DNA of 64,000 nucleotides. Origin: Octopus vulgaris (taxonomy: Eukaryota). Location: contig OX597821.1 of the NCBI GenBank assembly GCA_951406725.2, positions 83,018,001-83,082,000 on the forward strand, given 5' to 3'. Every line of letters starts with the position of its first letter. The first letter of the stretch is position 1. Made by a program: the position numbers and the translations under genes. The notes under the pieces were generated by a model. It did no database searches. It was not told the DNA's origin and saw nothing but the letters and a program-made list of their open reading frames with translations. Below are positions 53,087 to 64,000 of the stretch, one piece after another.

Positions 53087-56000
53087 GGTTAGAGCAAGGC
53101 TAATTCATCGTTACATCAATGCTGAAAGCAGCTTTGTTTAGTGCCAGCAAACTGTTAGATGAAGACTAACATCATGTTGCAATGATAGTAAATGCATTGA
53201 TCATAAGTGCTAATGATTCGTTAGACACTGACTGACACACTGTTACACTAATACTAAAAGTGAGTCAACGAGGGAACTTCTGTGTGATCGCTTAGCCTGC
53301 TAAAAACAACAGCCAAATTTCCCTCAAATTACATCCTCCTGTTTTTAAAAAAAAATGATTCATTGCAACCGTGCACAACCCCCCCCCCCCCACTACTAAC
53401 ACATCTTTAGACAATGAAGGGGCCAATGAAAAAATCTCTCCTTGGACACCCGACCTATAAAAATAGTAGCCTAAGCCTCCATCAAAACATACATAATCTC
53501 TTAAACATGAAATATTAAATAATATAGTTTTGAATAATTGAATAATTTATTACGTTAAGAGTCATTGTTTTGAGGGAGATTTCGCTGTTATTTCTAACAT
53601 GTATACGTGATCGCTCGACCTGCTATAAATTCTCGTTGTTCGTTCGGATAATTGTTACATTGATAGATAACTCATTTGGTCTATTTGAGCTTATAGTACT
53701 TTCTGAAATTATAAGAACCATTATTATAGTCCAAACTACAGCCTTCATTACAGATTGTGATTTCAATTAAAGAAAAGGAAATATGACCAAATATGACACT
53801 GGTTTATTTGTATTTTATGTCTAAATTTCAACTGATCTGCAGCGAAGCATCAGTTTTAAAAGCAGTGTATTACTACGGTTATTTCGTGAGCTATAAAAGC
53901 AATAATAAATTGCTTATTCATTTAATGTGTATGATTTAATCAACCTAAAGTTAGAACAAGGGATGATCTAGTCGTGAAATTGTTGCTTTTTCTAAAGAAA
54001 AATAACCAGTGAGGAAGAGTGAGTACCAAGGATTTTTGCATCTATATGAATCAATCAATATGGTTGATATCCACTCTGAAAGGCTATAGACCAATGTTTG
54101 CATGAATAACATGGGCGGTCTGACTTCTTGCTACGTAGTAAACTCCACTAAAGGGATCCAAGAAACAGGTGACGCTGTTAAATTGGCCTCCATTTTTGAT
54201 CCACTATCTTGATGTAACAGTTTCCTGTACCTAATACAAACCGAATCTTTCATCATGGGTTACCCTATTGTTTGTTCTGGAGTAACATTCTGTGTGGCAG
54301 GCAAAGTATACTTGAGCATATCCAAGTTTTCTCAGTTTTGTCATCCAATGACTGAAATAGGTAGCGAACTGGCAGAGACGTTAGACTATCGGATAGAATG
54401 CCTCGTGGGATTTGTTCTTACACTCGCAGCTCTGAGTCCGAATCCCACCGATCTTAATTTTGCCTTTAATCATTTCAGGATCGATAACTAAAGTACTAAT
54501 CCAGCACTAGAAACTTTGGAATTGTAAGAACGTCGGATTGGATGCCTTGTGAGTTCAAATTCCGGCATGGTTTACTTGGGTGGTGGAATTAATCTGTCGT
54601 CTAGTTTAACGCTACCACCTGGCAATGTGAGTGCCTCTAGCAGAGTCCTTTTCATTCAAGGAATCAGCTCGGACTTCCGGTTTTGAAGTTACCTTCTCCC
54701 TACTTGCCTCCTTTGTCGATGATCCTGTAAAATGATCATAGAAAATATATTCCCACCTGATAAAAAAGAAAAAGAAATGAAAATGCTCCTCTATGGTAAG
54801 CTTACCAATGACTCAACCCCTAAGAGCAGTAACTATTTAACGTAAAATAATACAAATAATCAGAAATTTGGGGGATTGGAACAGAAAACAGCTTGGATCG
54901 TATCTCTACTCAACGAATCTTTCTTTCAGGAATACATTTTCTGTTTCAGTCGATTGTGTTTAATTCACTGCTGGATGGAATCACGATATGCCGTTGTCAG
55001 TTCATCTGTGTTGTTTGCACGACTATTTGTAATATTGGCTAATTACAAGTTGAACTGAGTGTTCCTGTTGTCGAGGGATTAACTCTGGTCTTTGACATCT
55101 ACACAGTATTTTGAATCCAGTACTCTAAGAGCCTGAAGGTATCTTGTCTCATGCTCTAGCAATTCGGTCAATGGGATTTCACCTAGATTTCAACTCAAAG
55201 TGCAGAAAGTCGAAACGAATACCGCAAAACATTCTTTTCGACGCTCTAACGACTCTGTTTTATCCTGGATGTTTACACCTCTAAGCTTAATTTTTCGCCC
55301 TGCTTAACACGACAAACTGGCTCCTTGAGTACCTTTAACGCTGTTTGCACTGTTGCAAGTGTTCAGACCAAATCTCAGGCTGGAGGATATCTTTCTTCCT
55401 CCTACAAGTCTCGGAAGTGTTGTAAAAGGACATGAACAATGGATGTCCCATCTGCCAGAAAAATATAATAAAATATAAAATTAAAAAAATAAAAATAAAA
55501 TAAATAAAAAAAGAAAAACTGCACAAGATCATGAGTTTGCAAGTTTAGTCGATAAATTTGACGTTATCATTTGATTGACATCTATGTTTATGTTATGATT
55601 CTAGAGGTATTGAAAGGCAAAGCGGACCCCAGCGTGATTTGAGCTCAGAACGTTAAATGGCGTGGCTAAATATGGCAAAACATTTCACTCAGTCCTCTAT
55701 CGTTACTGCTTTACCGTACATCGCTAAGCGCTTCTCCATTCTTATCACGCACTGTAAGTGATATTCGCTGAACTTACAATAAGGTGCAACATACTTCTAA
55801 ATAGACACATAAAACAGAAAGCCTGTGTGAAGAACATGAAGAATTAAGATTTGTTTAAGACTCATATAAGAGGAGATATATTTCCGAGAAGCGAGATATT
55901 ATCAGTAGGTTTATCACTCTAATCTGTTGTTACAGTTTAATTCAAATGAAAGGCTTGAAATATTTTATTCAAAGAAGCAAGTTCTAGGAAATAGTCGACC

Positions 56001-56429
56001 TTCAACAGGCTAGATTAATTGTTTTCAGTCAACAAAGATTCATTTTTATCACATAGTCGTCTGAACTCGCCTGTCTGAAGTCCTTAAGTAATCTATGAAC
56101 AGCATCTCACTTTTGACACTTAGACCACTTATCTTAGCTTTGGTACCACATCCTGAAACATGTATACGGTCATACATGCATACATACATACATACATACA
56201 TACATACATACATACATACATACATACATACAAACATACATACGTACATACATACATACATACATACATACATACATACATACATACAGACAGACATACA
56301 TAAGTAGATGCATACGTACGGTGCCTTCTCCAAATGAGGTGCAGGCGTAAAAAAAGAAACAATAAAATGTGTATTTTTACATTTTCCTTTACAATTATGC
56401 CAACTTAAATCAGTGTGGATCCGTAACAT

Positions 56430-56585
56430 TTACGTGGCAATGTGGTAAGAAGCTTGTTTCCCAGCCACAGGGTTCCGGGTTCAGTCCCACCGCATAAAAC
56501 TTTGGACAATTGTCTTTTGCTATAGCCTCGGGCCAACCGAAGCTATGTGAGTGGATTTGGTTGACGGAAACCGAAAGCCTGCCGT
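56430..56585 (+). mobile_element. SINE family A, 5' half
   Basis: Head match. Confidence 0.85.
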
Positions 56586-56984
56586 GTGTATGCATGTGTG
56601 TGTGTGTGTAAGTGTGCGCGCGCGTGTTTGTGTGTGTGTGTGGGGGGGGAGAGAGAGTGAGAGAGAGTGAGTAAGTAAGTTTGTGTGTGTGCATGTGTGT
56701 ATGCCTTTGTACGTGTGTGTATGCATTTATATATATATGCATATATTCGTGTATTACACGCACGTGCATTCATGCATACACAAAGTAACACACGTTTTAT
56801 TCCACAAAGTAGTGTTAGTTACAACGGATTATATATAAAACCGCGTTTATTTATCTGTTATGGTGTGTTGAAATTTCATCGTTCGGTGAGTTCTCAACGC
56901 ATAACAATCTTGTCTAATTTTCTAGCACAATATAATCAAGACTACTTTATCCTCCATATTCACCCATTTAAGGCAAAAGACTGG

Positions 56985-57180
56985 AATCAGGAGATTTATC
57001 TGCTATTTCTAGATGATTGAGACTCCTTCGTTGATTCCTCAAAACATCTACAGAACCTCAACTCACATTTTCATAACATCTTCCTGACACTGCGGCAGCT
57101 CTGCTCCAAAATCAATTATCTTGACATCTGGATCTTAGACCACAACAGTATTAAATCAATACCTATAAAACCCAATGTCT
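56985..57180 (+). mobile_element. Penelope-like RT fragment
   Basis: IYLLFLDD*...LQNLNSHFHNIFLT...KINYLDIWI...KP matches the PLE pattern RYIDD..LN..H..I.FT..I.FLD..KP. Confidence 0.6.
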
Positions 57181-57269
57181 CAACAACATTAGGGAGTATC
57201 AAATGCAAGTAAGTAACATGATCGACATAATCAGCATAATTCTACTACATACAAAAAAACCCAACAGAA

Positions 57270-57667
57270 TAGGTGTAGGAGTGGCTGTCTGGTAAGTATC
57301 TTGCTTATCAACAACATGGTTCCGGGTTCAGTCCCACTGCGTAGCACCTTGGGCAAGTGTTGGGCAGATCAAAGCCTTGTGAGTGGATTTGTTACACGGA
57401 AACTGAAAGAAGCCCGTCGTATATATGTATATATGTGTGTGTGTGTGTTTGTATGTCTGTGTTTGTCCCCCCCCACTACTTGACAACCGATGCTGGTGTG
57501 TTTACATCCCCGTAACTTAGCTGTTCGGTGAAAGAGACCGATAGACTAAGTACTAGGCTCACAAAGAATAAGTCCTGGGGTCGATTTGCTCGACTAAAAG
57601 GCGGTGCTCCAGCATGGCCACAGTCAAATGACTGAATCAAGTAAAAGAGTAAAAGAGTAAAAGAGAA
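57270..57667 (+). mobile_element. SINE family A, full length
   Basis: Head, body, stem-loop and (GTAAAAGA)3 tail. Confidence 0.95.
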
Positions 57668-57860
57668 TACTAGGAATTACATTCAACACCGCTGCAACAT
57701 TCACAATGCATAAAAGACTGCATAGTAAGCAAACGATACACAAACAAGGATCAATCACAGATACAGCATTTAATTAACAGAAAGGTGTAACACAGTGGTG
57801 TATCATGAATACATTTAGTCCATCAATTAATTACGCTAGCCCTGTCTGGGTCTCCACTAT
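57668..57860 (+). mobile_element. LINE RT C-terminal fragment (I/Jockey-like)
   Basis: ILGITFN..ATF..H and INYASPVW. Confidence 0.5.
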
Positions 57861-57899
57861 TTCCAAAACAAAGCACAATAAGCTTTGTCAATAGGAATA

Positions 57900-58213
<314 letters not shown>

Positions 58214-58232
58214 GTATATGAGTAGTTGAATG

Positions 58233-58296
<64 letters not shown>

Positions 58297-58330
58297 GTAT
58301 ATGTATATATATATGTATGTATATATATAA

Positions 58331-58493
58331 TGGGCACAAGAGTGGTTGTATGGTAAGAAGTTTGCTTCCCAGCTACATGGTTCCGGGTTCATTCCCACTG
58401 CGTGGCACCTTGGGCAAATTTCTATTATAGAGTTAGGCCGATCAAACCCTTGTTAGTGGATCTGGAAGACTGAAATTAAAAGAAACCCGTCGC
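58331..58493 (+). mobile_element. SINE family A, 5' half
   Basis: Head match. Confidence 0.85.
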
Positions 58494-58770
58494 ATATATA
58501 TATATATATATATACAAGATAAGAAAATGGAGAAATACATCTAAATCAAATATCAATTATCAGATAATACTCAATCACATACTTTATTAAACCACCACAT
58601 AAGAGACTGTAGGGTTAAACATAAAAAAAGCAGAACAAATCAGTGTACATAAAGGAATGTACATAAAAAAGTGTACATAAAAGAGTGATGTATAATAATT
58701 AGAATATATATAAAAAAGAGAATATACGTATAAGTAAATATAAATATAAGTATAGATTACATCTTACATC

Positions 58771-59127
58771 TACGAGGAGGTACCCAAAAGTAACCGGAAA
58801 CGTTCTCTATAGGATAAGCCCGTTGTGGTTCAGGCTCCCTATTCACCCGATCTTGCACCCTGCGACTTATTTTGTTCTCCCGAAAAAAAACCCCTTCTTT
58901 TAAGGAAACGTTTTGCAAGTGTGGAAGAGGTGAAGAAAAAACGGAGGCGTTAAACGGTATCACTTTGCAAGAGTTCTAGGACTGCTTCGAACAGTGGGAA
59001 ACGCGTCTGGAACTGATGCAGTGCGTCAAATGGAGAATGCTTTAAAGATGATAAAAGTAAAAACATGTAAAACTGTGTGAATAAAATAATATTGCAAAAT
59101 TCTGGTTTCTTTTGGGTAAGCCTTGCA
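58771..59127 (+). mobile_element. Internally deleted mariner (MITE-like)
   Basis: TIRs TACGAGGAGGTACCCAAAAGTAACCGGA / TCTGGTTTCTTTTGGGTAAGCCTTGCA; retains APYSPDLAPCD..KRFASVEEVK..CFEQW. Confidence 0.88.
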
Positions 59128-59209
59128 TTGTTTCAAGTCATGTGTTTGTGTGCGTGCGTGCGTGCGTGTGTGTGTGTGTGTGCGTGCGTGTGTGTGTGTG
59201 TGTGTGTGC

Positions 59210-59259
<50 letters not shown>

Positions 59260-59393
59260 GTTTGTTTCTGTGTTTGTTCCCCCTCCACCGTTTGACAACT
59301 GGCGTTGGTGTGTTTACGTCCCCGTAACCGAACAGTTCGGCAAGAGGAGCCGATAGAATAAGTGCTAGGCTTAAAAAGAAAATGTGTGTGTGT

Positions 59394-59438
<45 letters not shown>

Positions 59439-59463
59439 TGTGTGTATGTGTGTGTGTGTATGT

Positions 59464-59544
<81 letters not shown>

Positions 59545-59624
59545 AGTTTTTCGTTTTCCGTTTCTTTAAACTTCCGCCTTTTCTCTCTGCTGCTTTCTCA
59601 GTTTTTTTCGCGTTTCTCCTCTTT

Positions 59625-59862
59625 CTCTTTACTCTCTTTTACTCTTTTATTTGTTTCAGCCATGTGACTGTGGCCATACTGGAGCACCGCCTTTGGTCGA
59701 GCAAATCGACCCCAGGACTTTTCTTTGTAAGCCTAGTACTTATTCTATCGGTCTGTTTTGCCAAGCCGATAAGTTACGGGGACGTAAATACACCAGCATC
59801 GGTTGTCAAGCGATGTTGGGGGGTGGGGGACAAAGACAGACACACAAACATATACACACACA

Positions 59863-59954
<92 letters not shown>

Positions 59955-60419
59955 TAATAATATAGGGTGAAATTAATTAATTTGGAATAATCATTAATTT
60001 CACCAAGTAGAGTTCGGCATGTAAAAGCCCCATTCGAGGAAGGTTTAAGTAATACTAAGTAATTAAGGGTTTAGCAACGATTTGCCTCACCACACACCGA
60101 GTTTAGAAATAGCAGTCAAAGAGTTATGGCTATTCTTTCTACTTAAAAGGGAGATCTCAGTAAAACCACAGTGCTGTGGTTTTACTGAGATCTCCCTTTT
60201 AAGTAGAAAGAATAGCCAGAACTCTTTGACTGCTATTTCTAAACTCGGTGTGTGGTGAGGCAAATCGTTGCAAAACCCTTAATTACTTAGTATATATATA
60301 TATACATATATACGACGGGCTTCTTTCAGTTTCCGTCTACCAAATCCACTCCCAAGGCTGATCCCGGAACCATGTGGTTGGTAAACAAGCTACTTACCAC
60401 ACAGCCACTCCTACGCCTA
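59625..60419 (-). mobile_element. SINE family A split by an insertion in its internal (TA)n
   Basis: 3' half 59625-59850 and 5' half 60312-60419. Confidence 0.9.
60052..60293. repeat. Near-perfect palindrome, arms of about 120 bp, 2-nt centre
   Basis: ...AAAACCACAG-TG-CTGTGGTTTT...; two mismatches seen. Confidence 0.96.
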
Positions 60420-61614
60420 TTCAATTTCTTATTCAATTTTTTTTTAGTTCATTCTGATACGTGGTTTGTACCTGATGAATATATTTGAAATATTTCTCAA
60501 CATATCAAACTATTAGTCGCACTTAAAGACATGTATTGTGGTCTTTAGTATTTATCTCTCACCTGATGGAATACGTTCTTTGTCGAATTTTCTATAACGG
60601 AACAGTATGTTTTACGTATATATATATATATATCACGTGGTCACGTGATATATATATATGTGTGTGTATGTGTGTGTGTGTTGTTGTAGGAAAACGCGGA
60701 AAACATAATTGGTATTTTGAAGCTTTATTTAACATACACGATTTTCTCAAAGCCAATTGGCACGCCTTCTCGGTATTATTGAAAAAAAAAAAAAAAGAAA
60801 GAAAAACAGTATGTTGTTTGTTGCATGCTTTTATACGCCCTAGCCGTGCCTACTATGTGCTAGCAAGGTGGCATACTAGAATAGAAGGTCTCAGAAAGTG
60901 AGACTGAAAAGGGCCGCCTCCTATCCTTGAGGGCATATTTAATATTTTTAAATCATAATATAAATTCAAGACAATGAGAAGGTCCGTTGCTGAATACAGT
61001 TACATAAATGAACTATTATCAACCACAGGTTATATACAGGAAAATGAAGTTACTTCTGAAGATCTTAGGTAATTTTGATCTGAAATAAAAAAAAGAATCT
61101 TTGAAAGCTGTATGTAGTCAAGAAGGAATAGTGCACCCGGTTAACGACATAAAAAGGAAGAAAAAGGAAAAGGAAATACACCAACAATTTTTGCTAAAGT
61201 TGTGGAAAAGATTTGCAAATAAAGTTCTTGAAGTTACAATTAATGCTTTCTCTACGAACAAATTTCATAAGACCATTTTAGCATGTTCTTTCTGGGCGCA
61301 GAAAAAAATTCAGGATTTTATTTGCTATTGTCCTGTCCATCAAGGTGAGTTAAAGTAGACATTCTGCATGTTCATCTTACTACGACTGTTGTCGCCTGTT
61401 TTCAGTGGTCATTTTAAGAAAATGCAGCTAGAGTAGTGAGAACACATGCTGTGACCCCCACTGCTTACCTATTATGGGGAAGAGAAATTTCTTCTAGATT
61501 AAGTTAAGCTGAAGAAGATTTGAAAATTTGGAATCTATAAATTGATACAAATAGATTAAGCTAAGTTAAACATTTTACGAAGTATAACATTTCCTATAAA
61601 AAAAATAATAATAA

Positions 61615-61853
61615 ATGCGCCCTTTTAAAGCCTAGCCAGGCTCATGGGCCCAGTTTCACGGCATATGTGTTCCCCAGCTGGACGGGACGCCAGTCCATCG
61701 CAGCGTTACTCATTTTTGCCAGCTGAGTGGACTGGAGCAACGTGAAATGAAGTGTTTTGCTCAAGAACACAACGCGTCGTCCTGTCAAGGAATCGAAACC
61801 ACAATCTTACGATCATGGTGCTGACACCCTAACCACTAAGCCACGCGTCTCCA
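61615..61853 (-). mobile_element. SINE family C
   Basis: Head as 32971; tail as 49123. Confidence 0.9.
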
Positions 61854-62377
61854 CATAACATTTCTTATAGAGATAAAAAAAAAATACTTTTTAGCTTTAA
61901 AGGCATTCAAAATCACCTGAAACAGACTTCCGAGTTGGTTACTGGTACAAGATGTTTACTAGCTGAACTTGTTTTGTTTATTTGTAGTTACATGGAGGAT
62001 ATTGTTTGAAAAGTTAGTATTTTCGCCTTAGACAGAGTTCAGTGTCAATAACGATTAAGAAATGTCGTAGGTGCTATGAATAAAAAACTAAAATATTAAT
62101 ACAATTCAAAGTTGTTTTTCCTTCTCATTTCACACGAACTTGCTTCTGAGGACAGAACCCCACCTAATATTCACCACCATTGTTCAATTATATATCTATT
62201 TATTTTGTCAATGGCGTTTCCTATATCTTTTACTTTTTACGATATAAACAATTTTCCCACAAACAAGGAAAACTTTAAGGCGTGGTTTTTTTTTTTTGTT
62301 GCTAGTTGAAAATTATAATACCTTGATTTCATTGTTTAATTTATACCTTTCAATATTGTTTCTTGTTTTTCTTTCTT

Positions 62378-62379
<2 letters not shown>

Positions 62380-62452
<73 letters not shown>

Positions 62453-62554
62453 GTCTGTCTGTCTTCTGTCTGTCTATCTATCTATCTATCTATCTGTCTG
62501 TCTGTCTTCTGTCTGTCTATCTATCTATCTGTCTGTCTGTCTGTCTTCTGTATG

Positions 62555-62644
<90 letters not shown>

Positions 62645-62645
62645 A
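62380..62645. repeat. (ATCT)n/(GTCT)n microsatellite
   Basis: Direct reading. Confidence 0.97.
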
Positions 62646-63089
62646 CTCAGTATTTATTCCTTGTTTTCCCTGTCTATCAATTTATCAATCTACCTGCCAA
62701 CCAGTCAAACTCTATCTATTTCGTTCTTTTTTCCTTACTTTTTTCTTCCATTCTTTCCCCTGTTCTTCATTTCTACTCCTTTTTATTTCTCTCTCTATCT
62801 CTCTCTCTATCTCTCACTCTCTCTCTCTTTCATACCTCTTTTTTATGTTTTTATGTCTCTATTTTTCATGCCTATTTTATGCTTTATTCTTTTTTTTTAT
62901 CTTTTCTTCTATTTCCTTTTCTTCTTTTTTCCTACTGTATCTTGCTTTTCTTCCTTTATTCCTTCGTTTTTTTTTTCTGAGAAAATAAGAAAGAAGGATA
63001 AAATGTAATTCTTTCTTTTTTCATTTTTTCCTTCTCTCTAATCATTTCTATCACTGGAAAATGTCACTGAACTTCCTTTGCAATTTTAA

Positions 63090-63540
63090 TTTAACATCAT
63101 GAAGCCATTACGAGACGTTCCGTTCCCTGGATAAGACTGTAAGCTGTGTGAATTCCAAAGGAGATCTTCAACAGTGGAAGCGGCAAGAAATATTCCATCT
63201 GTCTATGGAAACGAATCTTTATGTGTCCGGATATGGCAATGATGGTTTAGCCAGTTTCATTCAGGAATTTGCAATGAGGTCTGTTGCAGGCTTCATTCAT
63301 GGGACTTTGAATTCTTCATTGTCAGTGAATGCTAGTAAATCGCTCTCTTGTACATCATGTCTTCTGTGTGCTTACAATAGACAACTGTTGTTGATAATGT
63401 CGTTTAGACCCAGATCAGCTGTAATTGAACCTGTGTTTGATGAAAGGTGTTCAAGTGAAAACCATCTTGTTTTGTATTGTGTATCAAGGAGTACAGTGTC
63501 AGTGAAATGTCCTTTCCTTCGTGTTAGGGGTTGTGAATTT
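63090..63540 (-). mobile_element. Highly degenerate RTE-like RT fragment
   Basis: TQYKTRWFSLEHLSSNT..SCLL*AHRRHDVQ resembles RTE I.YRTDG.LFNL.RL..DCAL.AH...Q. Confidence 0.45.
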
Positions 63541-63811
63541 TAGAGGGATTTTCTTTTACTGCATATTGAACTGCCCAGAGACCGTTCATGGAAGGGAAAT
63601 ATAGAAGATTTTTTTAAAATCATAATTTGCTCTTATAATATGAATTAATGTTCGAACTTTTTATGTTTTCTTATAAGTATATCGAAAGTGAAGTGCTTAC
63701 ATTATAAAGAAATCATTATGTTGCATATAACGATTACTATAATTTTACTATGATTTTATCAAAACTGCATCATAAAGGTTAGAAAGTTTTTACTTCTGAT
63801 CCAACTGTCAA

Positions 63812-63995
<184 letters not shown>

Positions 63996-64000
63996 ATTCA

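Noticed and set aside
54010-54330. Possible RT remnant on the minus strand
   Set aside because: Similarity too weak to call by eye
61101-61358. 85-aa ORF ending near a strong donor AG/GTGAGT
   Set aside because: No recognisable domain, acceptor or partner exon; unsupported without RNA data
63148-63543. 131-aa plus-strand ORF
   Set aside because: More likely the antisense of a decayed RTE RT

Overview
Eukaryotic, AT-rich, repeat-saturated DNA with no host protein-coding exon I can support. The SINE and LINE families and the (TA)n/(CA)n/(ACAT)n microsatellite load resemble coleoid cephalopod (Octopus-like) DNA; this is inference from recall, not a search. The window holds a near-complete CR1/L2-group LINE (endonuclease plus RT, one frameshift) and remnants of CR1/L2-type, Tx1/L1-like, RTE, restriction-like-endonuclease (R4/Dong-type) and Penelope-like retroelements. 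It also holds three tRNA-derived SINE families (more than 30 copies or fragments), a decayed mariner with nested insertions, several MITEs and a 3.2 kb (ATC)n array. The best second-look signals are five minimal hammerhead-ribozyme-like motifs in two small repeat families, a covarying 3' stem-loop shared by the SINE and the LINEs, and an 860-bp palindromic transposon with telomere-type repeats and an 8-bp TSD. Also notable are a 240-bp near-perfect palindrome, apparent partitioning of retroelements by microsatellite type, and one promoter-like island. I found no clear evidence of a wholly new multi-gene system. Coordinates were read by eye: ends of degenerate repeats are approximate, motif coordinates are more exact.
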